DNA from: Octopus vulgaris
Lineage: Eukaryota
Reading direction: 5' to 3'
Length of the DNA stretch: 64,000 nucleotides
Assembly (NCBI GenBank): GCA_951406725.2
Contig: OX597830.1
Location: forward strand, 68,634,001-68,698,000
Below are positions 53,666 through 64,000 of the stretch, in pieces. How positions within the stretch are numbered: position 1 is the first letter of the stretch; each line of letters begins with the position of its first letter. The notes beneath the pieces were generated by a model. That model was given only the letters and a program-made list of their open reading frames with translations. It was not told where the DNA came from and did not search any database. The position numbers and the translations under genes are program-made.

Positions 53666-54229
53666 TAAACTAAAATTCTGGACTGTTTTTTTTTTTGTTA
53701 TTGAAATCGATAATTCAGCTGGAGGGAATAAGTGTGGGGAATATGAACCCGTATCTATTTTTTTCAATTATTTTTAGAAGAATTATTATTTAAAATTTAA
53801 CAATGCTTTGTCAAGAAATATTTAGTCAATCACATGAACGCAATGGAAACATTTTGGGAGCACTGCTTATTACTACGTGTTATGTCCCCTTGAGAAGATA
53901 ACACCCGATAAAAAAAGAGGCATAAATTACTTTTGTTCGACGCACAGGTTATTGATAATTTTCTGATTGATGCGGACACTTTTCATGATGCAGACATACA
54001 CTCATACACGCACACACTCACACACACACACACACAAAACTACAAGTCGCGTACTTGATGTGGGAGATTATTTATGGAAAATTCGATGAATACAATTTCC
54101 AACTTCGAAGCTGCAACTATCAGCCCTGGTAAATAACTGGTTAATCTTCAAATGAATTAACAGAGGGAGCCCTTTATTCAAGATCGTAATGATTTTCGAC
54201 TGAAACTTGAATTTACCAGGCAGTGAGTT

Positions 54230-57200
54230 ACTACAAACAACATGGCTGGACACAACATCAACAACAACTCAACAGGTAAGAAGATTCTTTCTAGCTGTAG
54301 TTATAGAAGAAACCGGAACTACAAAACACACTTTCCTTGGCGTTGTGAATTGAATACTGATTTATTTCATTGCTACAAAAGACCGAAAAACACGCCGCTG
54401 TTGGATATATGAATCAATTGAAATCATAGTGGGATGATCTGCACTCAGAACGAAACAATTACGTCAACAAGCAACATTTGTGGAACATAAGAAGAAAGTT
54501 AGTTACTGTAACCTTATTTAAAAAAACAAATATCTAAAATTAACCTTCTCCAAAACAAAATAAACGGAAAACTGAACGATGTTAGAACACCACGTGATTT
54601 CGCAGTTAGCGACATTCCAACAGATACTATACAGCCTACCAGCCAAACTACAGCACAGACTAAAGCAAGAGACCATTGTCCCTCTACTTTGTCAATAGTA
54701 AATAGCAAGCACAACCGCAACAGTCATTGCAGTAGCAATCAGGGTGATATGTCGCTGAAATATGCCCTTAGTGATATCTTTCAAGAAAAAATTAGTTTCG
54801 CTTTGAAATACTTCCTCAAAGAGAGAGCATTCTCTACTAAAGTAAGCAAAAGACCAACAGACACTGTATTAAAAGCTGCTAATGAAATCAGAAAGTAGCA
54901 TTTGTGTGAATGTAATGAATCCTCATTCTGGCAGATTAACGCCTTTTTGTAGGCCTTGTCTACTACCGCAAAGCAATGCATGAACGACACTCAAAAGCAA
55001 TAAAACCAAAACAACGAAAAACAATGCTATCATGGGTTTTGAACTCGGGGAAAAAATAGCTGATGTGCGGAAGACCATCAGCCGTGTGACGATGAGTGTG
55101 TGATGCCTGTGGGTAGCGAAAAGAAAACATTCAATTACAAACTGGTCACCTCTCAAGCAGGAGCTAAAAGCATAACCGAACGAAAAATAGTTAACAAGAT
55201 TTAACCGGAACCAGGCAGTAGTATTCAGAGAGATGAGAGGAGAAGCAAGTGAACATCACAGAAGTTCCTTCACAAGAAGACATAGACTCCTTCTGGCGGA
55301 AAATCTGGAGTGAAGAGATGAAGTTTAACCGAGATACTCTGTGTGGGTGGAAGAAATTCGAAGAAGTTATTATCCCTGCGTTACACCCAAGACATACAAC
55401 ATTGATGGGGATACTCTTGTGACTGTAATCAAGAAACGTCAGGATGCAAAACTCCCAGAAGAGACTTGATAGATGGATACTGGTACAAGAAGCGAACATT
55501 CTACTGACCTTATCTTATCAGCCTGCACCAGCATGCTCTCAGAGGAAATAGTAGCATACCACACTGGTTTACTCTGGCAGAGACGAAACTGATCCCCTAA
55601 AGCAGAACCACCCACATAACGAAAAACTACCGGACAATAGCATGCCAGAACTTAATGTATGAAATATATGTATAAAATGTATATTTAATGTATAAAATAT
55701 AGTCAAAGCCATACTGAACCTGACATCATCGTGGGTCACTATTTTAATGTTAAATACAAGGAGTGATATTATTATCACTGATAGAACACATCATCGCAGC
55801 GGCATATTCCAACGGGACAGCCTCTCTCTGATGTTTATATTAGGTTGTCAAGAAAGTTCTTCCGGTTTTTAACCTTTATATTCGGATGCACATATCTCGG
55901 CTCAAACAAAACTTTATTAATCGAAATAAACACCATCAGAATCAACATACTTTTGCCAACGCGAAACAAGTTCATTTATGACAGTAGCGTAAAAATCCTG
56001 CGTTCTGGTGGCGAAGATGTTCTTGAAGGCGTGTTTGGCATCATCTTGGATTTTTAAGCATTTCTCAGGCAGGAAGTTGTCGAGATGCTTGAAAAAGTGG
56101 TAGTCGGTTGGCGACAGGTCTTGTGAGTATGGCGGATGAAGCAGTTTTGTAGCCCAATTTGTTCAACTTCTGCAGGGTCAATTGTGCGGCCGAGAGTTGT
56201 CGTGGAAAAGAATTGATCCTTCTCTATTGAACAATGCTGGCTGTGGTTATCGGAGTTTCTTAAGCATTTCATACATTTGCTGACAGTACTTCTCCGCCGT
56301 AATGGTTTCGCCTGGATCCAAAAAGCTGTGATGGATGAGACCGGCCGCAGACCACCAAACAGTCACCATGGCCTTCTTTTGGTGCAACTTTGGCTTCGGG
56401 AAGTGCCGCAGAGCTTTGTCGGCGTCCGGCTACTGAGCTGAGCGTCGACGATTGTCGTAAAGAATTTACTTTTCATCGCAAGTCAGAATCCGGTCGAAAA
56501 AACGGGTGGTTCTTGTTGCATAAAAGAAGGGAAGACGACACTTTTGGTTGTCGTTCAATTCGTGCGGCACCCATTTCTCAAGTATTTTTGTTTTTCCAAT
56601 CTCTTTCAAGTGGTTGGAAATTGTTGCATACGTTACGTCTAATTCAGAAGCAAGCTCTTGAACAGTTGTGCGTGGATTGGCTTCCACTAAGGCTCTTAAT
56701 TGATCGTTGTCAACATCCGATGGCCGACCACTACGCTTATCATCTTCAAGACTCTCGTCACTGCTACGAAATTTGTTCAACCACCATTGTGCTGTACGTT
56801 CATTAGTGGTTCCTGGACCAAACGCATCGTTGATATCGCCAGCTCTTTCAGCAGCTTTCGGCCTAGCTTGAACTGGAATAAGAAAATTGTGCGAATTTGC
56901 TTTTTGTCCATGTTGTATTCAACGTTCCGGAAAAAATGGCCTAATTATTAAAAAAAAAAGATTAAACACGATTAGATAGAGCGAAAAATGGGCTTTAAAA
57001 TGATATATAAAGGCAAAGTAATTTAACGAAAATTAATTTGAAAATACATTATTTAAAACCAAAATTTAAAATTCCGCAAGAACTTTCTTGACAACCTAAT
57101 ACTTTCTGTAAACCCTTTGTCATTCATATTGAGGAAGTGTCAGTAGTATCTCATTGGTTCACAAGGTAACAGAAATACCAAAAATACACACAGATTCTTT

Positions 57201-58500
57201 GTGGATGACTTAAAACTACATGCCAAGAATATGCATGAGATGAAAAAGAACCTTGACCTGGTTACGACATTCCAAAACGCTGCGGAGTTGGCATGTGGTC
57301 AAGATAAATGCTGTTATATAGTTGTGAAACGAGGCAAAACTGTATAACAGATAAGCAGCATTTCCATCAATGATTTGACTGTTTTCCCTATATCTGATGA
57401 GGACTGCTACAGGTACCTAGGGGTGGATGAAAACATATCTTACGGTGGCACCTGTGACAAGACACGTAATCACTAAAGAATATTACAGCCGAATAAAGAA
57501 AATATTGATCTCGGAATTCTCTGCAATCAATAAAACAATGGCCCACGGTGTGTTTGCAGTGCTAACACTCATACCAACATTTGGGTCGCTTGACTGGTTG
57601 TCTGAGGGATCCGAGCCATTGATATAAAAACTCGGAACATACTAGTCAGCACAAATAAATTTCACATCAACAGGGATGTAGACCGCCTCGACCTAAAAGG
57701 AAAACAAAGCGGGAGAGGCTTAACATCGATCCAGACTGCCTTTGGAAGGATAAGCCTGAAGTCAAAGAAATAAGAACTCACAGTATGGTTGCAGACACAG
57801 CCACTCATAATAAAAAATAGTACTGGTGGAATGTCTCAGTGAAAAAAAAGCTCTATAAAGTGTAAACATAGTAGAGATGACATAGTGATTTGGGATAGAG
57901 AAGAAAAACTGTGTACAGTTATGGAAATCAGCTGCCCAACAGGTGTTAACATAAAGCTAAAGATCAGCAAGAAAGAAAATACCTACGCTGAACTATTGAG
58001 AAATCTACAGTTTCTCTACCTAGATGACATGTTCAGGTTAATAACTGTAATTATAGGAGCACTGCGATATGTAACATACTGCCTAAATACCATTGCTGAG
58101 AAATTACACTTCTCAAAAGCAGAAAGGAGAAAGCTGATTTGAAGACTACAGATCCAAGCCATCATTAGATCTGTAAAACTCCCCAGAGGTTTATCATTTA
58201 AGTATAGATGCGCATGTCTAGACGTGTAAGTGTATGCATGAGAATACATACACAAAAGAAAACTTACAAATCTACACATGCACTGACTCCTAATCCTGCA
58301 CATATACACGCATACATATATACACACATAAATACATGCAAAAATAACCTGTTGGCGCTGTTTAAATTCCAATGAAGGAGTCTTGGATCTAGGGTAGAAG
58401 ACGGTTCTTTCTCTATAGGCAAGAAATCTTGAAGCAAGACTGAATAATGACATAAACACATAATAGCTGCTTTCTCATATACGAGCAAAACCATTGCTAG
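54230..58500 (+). mobile_element. Decayed long RLE-type (R4-like) LINE interrupted by a mariner
   Basis: GIFQRDSLS, HRFFVDDLKL, YRYLG, DVDRL.LK...GRGL, DIVIWDREEK..MEISCP. Confidence 0.82.
55840..57099 (-). mobile_element. Full-length mariner with disrupted transposase
   Basis: TIR ttaggttgtcaagaaagttctt, TA TSD both sides; WVPHEL, ILTCDEK, PTDYHFF. Confidence 0.95.
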
Positions 58501-58619
58501 AAAGAATCAGTGAAATAAATCATACATATACACACATACATACATACATACATACATGCATAGATGCATACGTACGTACGTACATACATATATACATACA
58601 CACACACATGCATACATAA

Positions 58620-59233
58620 GAAGTGCGAGGTGCAATCCAAGTCTGGTGTCTTAAAAGAAGCTTGGATGTGTTGGTGCAGTTGTCGACCCTCTGGATAAAG
58701 GTGTTTGGCGCTGCCGATCTCTGGACAGTAGGGCAAAGGCTCGGATCTGCAGGCCTCTGATCTTCTCTGTCACATTCAATAGTTTCGAGACTTAGACACT
58801 TTCTGCAGCTCTTATGGACCACCTGAACTCTTTTGGTACAAGGGTTAGGGTTAGGGTTAGGACGCATCGCTGGATTATGGGTTACCATTGGTTGCATCCA
58901 GTCAACGATTCTACTCAGAGAATGGGGTGCATCTTGTTACTTGTATGATTCGGGAGTGTCAGCTGAGGGCATTTGGTCATGTTGCTGGACTTCCAGAGTT
59001 TGATCTTGTGTGTCATGTTCTCTTCTCTGTAGATCCAGATGGAGTGACGGTTCGTGTTGGTTGTACACATGCCTCATGGTCACGGCTAGTGATCAAGTAT
59101 TTCCAGCTGATGGGAACTGACTGGGATACTGCTCAGAGGAATACCCTAATACTCGAGACGATTCGGGCAAATACAGAAAATGGTGAACGCAGTGATGCAC
59201 TGTAACGGCGCCTGTCCCCATACCTGACCTGAC
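58620..59233 (+). mobile_element. RTE/RTEX-like LINE 3' fragment
   Basis: IRECQLRAFGHVAGLPE C-terminal motif; tail acctgacctgac. Confidence 0.65.
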
Positions 59234-59699
59234 TTAGGATAAGGAGATTAATAATGAAGATAATCAAGAAATAGCCTTATAAACAATCACCATAAATCAT
59301 GAAACCTTTAACATGCTCCAGAATAAAGGACAAATCAGAACAACGAGGCTCCGAGATATAAAGAATTCTTGGACAAGCCTATCAAACATATATCCCAATG
59401 ATAGGCTGCCTAAAGGATATCTCCATAATCAAGCTTCCACGCAGTTTCCATAAGCCAAATTCATTCAGAAGGATTTTATATTCAGTTGCATCTTGGAGTT
59501 CCAAGGGCTTCACTGTCTCTCTTGTTTATTTGGTATCTCGAATCAATCGCCTGTTCTTGGACAGCAAATGCACAGCTTCGAATGTATGTATGTGTGTATG
59601 TATGTATGTGTGTATGTATGTATGTATGTATGTATGTATGTATGCATGTATGTATGCATGCATGTATGTGTGTATATATATAAATTATAATTAAGCATA

Positions 59700-59905
59700 T
59701 CTAAAAGATAACAGTCAAAACTTGATTCTAAAACCACATCAAATATTCCTACAGCACCATGGAAAAAAGACAAAGGGACAAATAAACTAGCAAAATATTA
59801 CTGGATATTAATATTTTGCCAGTTTATTTGTCTGTCTTTTCTCCAAAATGCTGTATGAATATTTGATGTGGTTTTAGAATCAAGTTTTCACTGCTATCTC
59901 TAACA
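59700..59905. repeat. ~200-bp fold-back palindrome
   Basis: aaaacttgattctaaaaccacatcaaatattc pairs with gaatatttgatgtggttttagaatcaagtttt; centre gcaaaatatta-ctggatat-taatattttgc. Confidence 0.92.
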
Positions 59906-60139
59906 TGGTGGTATCTTTATCATAATTTCAATAGTAATTATTACCTATACGGTTTTTATTCCCATGCCAGCCACTTGATATGATCGGTATTTTAAATAAG
60001 GATCTTATTCTTATTTATATAAATATATATATATATGTGGGGGGGGGGGGCTAAGATCAAAGTCTAATATCTACTCTTAACAATTTAATATATATAGGGC
60101 AGCGGACTCGCTGTTTCGATGCCCAGATTTGAATATTGT

Positions 60140-60440
60140 GAATGCTTATTGAGCGAAAACACCTAAAGCCCCACGACGTTCCTTCAGGGGTGGTGGCGAA
60201 TCCTGATGTACTCTTTCACCACAACTTTCTCTCACTTTTTGCTCCTGTTTCTATTGTACCTGTATTTCAAAAGACCAGCCATGTCACACTCTGTGTCACG
60301 CTGAATCTCCCAGAGAACTACGCTAAGGGCACACGTGTCTTTGGAGTGCTCAGCCACTTGCACATGAATTTCACGAACAGGCTGTTACGTTGATCGAATC
60401 AACAGGAACCCTCGTCGTCGTAACCGACGGAGTGCGACGA
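60140..60440 (+). mobile_element. SINE family C body and tail
   Basis: tgtgtcacgctgaatctccc..aaggg.acacgtg..ggagtgctcagccacttgcac. Confidence 0.7.
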
Positions 60441-60801
60441 GTAGATAATAAATAGATACAAGCTCATACAAGCAACACTGAGAAATAAATATGAATACAA
60501 AAAAGGGTTTCCTAAAATACAACATGCGTTTGAAACTCAATAACGCAATCGATGGAATGTCGATTTCTAATAGTTGCGTAATCTGTATTATTCTGTTGGC
60601 TTGCAGGGAACAAAGCAACCTAATCGATATAATCCATTAGAGACGGGACGAAATCGATATAATTCATTAGAGATACAAAAGAAATATTTATATTATTCAA
60701 ATGATAAAGTCAGGTATAAATAAATAGTTCGCTTTCATATCATGATATTTGAAATAATGATATGGTATATCTATCCATCGGTCTGTCTCTCTATCTGAAT
60801 A

Positions 60802-60835
<34 letters not shown>

Positions 60836-60840
60836 TCTCT

Positions 60841-60889
<49 letters not shown>

Positions 60890-61649
60890 TATAAATGTAT
60901 ATATATGTATATGTGTATATATATATATATGTGTATATATATATATATATATTTATATGTGTATATATATATATTATATATGCATATGCATATGCATGTA
61001 TGTATATATATATATATTAATTTAGAGATAATAGGCCCCTAAATCTCACCAAATAAAAAGATTTTTATATTTTTATTTTAAATACGTACTGTTTATTACT
61101 TGGCAACACGTGTTTCATAAGGTACATCCTCGGGTTCCTAAACCACTCCGTGTTTCCCTGGAGCCCCTCTCAAAATGCCACCCCAATCATCAGGCCCTTA
61201 TATAACTTTATCAACGTTCAATACAATAAACTATATTCTAATTTTCTAAAACCCTTAAGTATGTGTAAAATAGGTATGTTCAAATTAGTTTCGCTGGACT
61301 CTACAGTACAGGCCATAATTCAGATAAAAATTCAAATAAAGATAAAAAGTTACAAAAATAAAAGTTACACGAATTACTTTCATTTTTATTCACAGTTTTT
61401 TAGATATTATTAACATAGTATTTGTAAACTTAATTTTATTTGGAACACTATATATTACTAACATAGTTGTTGTACATTTTCGGATTTTTTTATATAGATT
61501 TTTTATTCCTTACTTTATTCGTGTAAATTTTATTGCCGGAATTTTTATTCCCTAAAAAATAATATGTTTCTAGTGTTTTGTACATGTCCTAAGTTCTCAT
61601 TAGAAAAGATTGAATGGAACTGAAACATTTTGACGTTGGCCAACAGAGG

Positions 61650-61890
61650 TAATGAGATTGGCATGACGATGATTTCCGCTAATTGGTGCCCGGATCGCTG
61701 TGACGATGACACCATATCTGATGATGATGGAGTTCTTTGACCAACAGCATGAAAGCTTCCAAACACTGCAACATCAGTGAAAGAAGTGTGTGCGCTTCAA
61801 GGAGTCCCATGTTGAAAAAAAAAGTTCATTTGGTTATATTCCATGAAATTAAACTGATCAGGCTATGAACTATTCTGCCGATCCTGGTAT
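61650..61890 (+). mobile_element. Mariner deletion derivative, 3' part
   Basis: Matches 63850-64000, including the internal deletion junction. Confidence 0.75.
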
Positions 61891-62089
61891 CATTGGTTTC
61901 AACCATTATTTTGCTAGAACTATCGGTATTCTTGAAACCTTGTGTATGGTACATGCATACATGCATACATACACATACATACATACCTATATCCATCCAT
62001 ACATACATGCATACATACACATACATACATACATACATACATACATACATACATACATACATACATACATACATACATGCACACATCCA

Positions 62090-62192
62090 TTCCATCAATG
62101 GAACTGTAAAAATCGGTAAAATTTTCCAGCAGTTTATCATTGAAATATATATGAGCATGTCTAGATATGCAACTATATGCCTGGGGATGCAC

Positions 62193-62225
<33 letters not shown>

Positions 62226-62239
62226 CATACATACATACA

Positions 62240-62273
<34 letters not shown>

Positions 62274-62340
62274 CATACATATCGAAAAACGAAAATACCC
62301 TGTTGTTGATGTTGAAATTTCAATGAAGGAGCCTTGAATG
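62090..62340 (+). mobile_element. 3' end of the RLE LINE family at 54230-58500
   Basis: tttatcatt..gcatgtctaga..aaaata.cctgttg..caatgaaggag shared with 58190-58385. Confidence 0.65.
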
Positions 62341-62344
62341 TGTG

Positions 62345-62600
62345 TGCCTGTGAAGATACGTGGAATAGTGGTTAGGGTGCTTGGTCACAGGATCGTTAGA
62401 TAATGAGTTCGATTCCCAGACCTAGCAGCGCATTGTCTCCTTGAGCACAACATTACATTTTACGTTATTCCAGATCATTCAACTGTAAATGAGTAACTCT
62501 GTGGCGGAACAACAACTCAGAGTGTCGTCATTCGAAAGCTAAAACAATGCAAAGCGCATTGTGACCAGCGATGTATAACAACATTCAATAGTCTGGTCGG
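62345..62600 (+). mobile_element. tRNA-type SINE
   Basis: A-box-like tggaatagtggttagg, B-box gagttcgattccc. Confidence 0.65.
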
Positions 62601-62879
62601 TTCTATGATGTGCGTGTGCGTATGTGTGTGTGAGAGTCTATCATTTAATCTTCTTCCGCCAAGCTAAGGAGAGTGTACGTCAATACGTCAATACCTTTAA
62701 TATAAATATAAATAAATTAGTAAATTATATCTGGGTCATCTGATATTCATTAATCGATACGAAGTTCTTATAATGATTATACTTCGTTAAGAAGTTAGAT
62801 TTAAACTAGTAACATCTAACTGACAGTCATTTCTACTTAGAAGACAGACAAGATGTTGCAGAGGAATTCTCTTCAAGTT

Positions 62880-63250
62880 ATTTTACTCTTACTCTTTACT
62901 CTTTTACTTGTTTCAGTCATTTGACTGCGACCATGCTGGAGCAACGCCTTTAGTCGAGGAAATCGACCCCCAGGACTTATTCTTTGTAAGCCTAGTACTA
63001 TTTTGTATATAAACTTTTTTTGTTTTTTTGTATAATTAATTTCTTTTTCCTAAAGGCACAAGGCCTGAAATTGGCCAAGGGGGCTAGTCGATCACATCTA
63101 CACCTGTGTTTGACTGCTACTTAATTTATCAACGCCGAGAGGATGGAAGGCAAAGTCGACCACGGCGATATTTGAACTGAGAAAGTAGCAATGGGTGAAA
63201 TACCGCTAAGCGTTTTGACCGGCGTACTCACGGTCCTTCCAACTCGCCGA
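62880..63250 (-). mobile_element. SINE B tail (62880-63000) and SINE A (63050-63250)
   Basis: Reverse complements of the family tails described above. Confidence 0.7.
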
Positions 63251-63639
63251 CTTTTTTGTTACATCTTTATATATAAAACACCGTTTGCACATACGAGCGT
63301 TTGTGCGTGTATTTCGTTGTGTGTGTGTGTGTGTGTGTGTGTGAACTTCCATGGTGTATTTACGTATTTCATTTAGAACTTTTTTTCCCGTTTGTTTGCT
63401 TGCAATTATATTTCCAGCAAATTTTCTAACGGAAGTCTGCAGTTTTACTTGTATCAAAGCACCAGTTATTCTACCCATTGAAAACCCTTCTCTGCCGCTC
63501 AGTCGGTCTATTTGTATACCCATCCTTGCCCCTCATTCATCCCTATTCCATTTATTGTTACACACATACACTCTACACACACACAGACTCTTTCACACAC
63601 ACACATGCACACACACGCACATGGACGATAATATTTTCA

Positions 63640-64000
63640 AAGAGTAGGGGTTGCGTTCCGGCCTCATAAACTGAATTTAGAATGGGAAAGGAGAGTCTAG
63701 AAGAGACCCCAAAACCTGGACGACCTGCAGCTTCGACGCCGGAGGAAAATATTGGTCGTGTTTTGCTGAAGGGTGACAGGCGAATGTCTTTAAATCAAAT
63801 ATCCAATGCTGTTAGCATATACCGTGTGAGAGTTGCGAATATTCTACACAATGAGATTGGCATGACGATGGTTTCCGCTCATTGCTGCCTCTATCGCTGT
63901 GACGATGACACCATATCTGGTGCTGATGGAGTTCTTTGAACAACACAGCATAAAAGCAACACCAGTGAAAGAAGTGTGGGGGCTTCAAGGGGTTCCATGT
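63640..64000 (+). mobile_element. Mariner deletion derivative, running off the window end
   Basis: F..GKESLEETPKPGRP..GDRRMSL..ILHNEIGMTMVSA, then a jump to the C-terminus. Confidence 0.8.

Noticed and set aside
60607-60713. Possible + exon (ttgcag|GTKQPNRYNPLETGRNRYNSLEIQ...|gtataa)
   Set aside because: Splice-like ends only; its phase does not match the 47085 exon, it has no recognisable domain, and it contains a simple 30-bp duplication.

Overview
AT-rich, repeat-dense eukaryotic DNA. It is animal, and the SINE, LINE and microsatellite landscape suggests an octopod cephalopod, which is an inference. Most ORF-track entries are microsatellite or antisense artefacts, and the real genes are short spliced exons largely missed by that track. 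(1) The last five coding exons of a TRPM-family cation channel lie on + (1509-15820). They encode the outer pore, S6, TRP box and an internally duplicated coiled coil, then stop immediately after the TRPM2-type 'LxWI' helix, so there is no NUDT9-H or kinase domain. A ~30 x 46-bp satellite follows. (2) The last two exons of a PAN/apple-domain gene lie on - (34903-32629). There is also an intact PAN exon on + (46855-47085) and a decayed PAN exon on - (49131-48936). The rest is transposable elements: R4/Dong-type RLE LINEs (one near full length, inside a (TAA)n tract holding four insertions), Tx1/L1, RTE, CR1-like and Penelope-like fragments, a near-intact Merlin DNA transposon with TIRs and 8-bp TSD, several mariners and MITEs, a non-autonomous Helitron, and many tRNA-type SINEs. 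I found no CRISPR array, rRNA or true tRNA, and no clearly new biological system. The best leads are the tail-less TRPM with intronic fold-backs, the two-strand PAN exon set, and the (TAA)n insertion hotspot.
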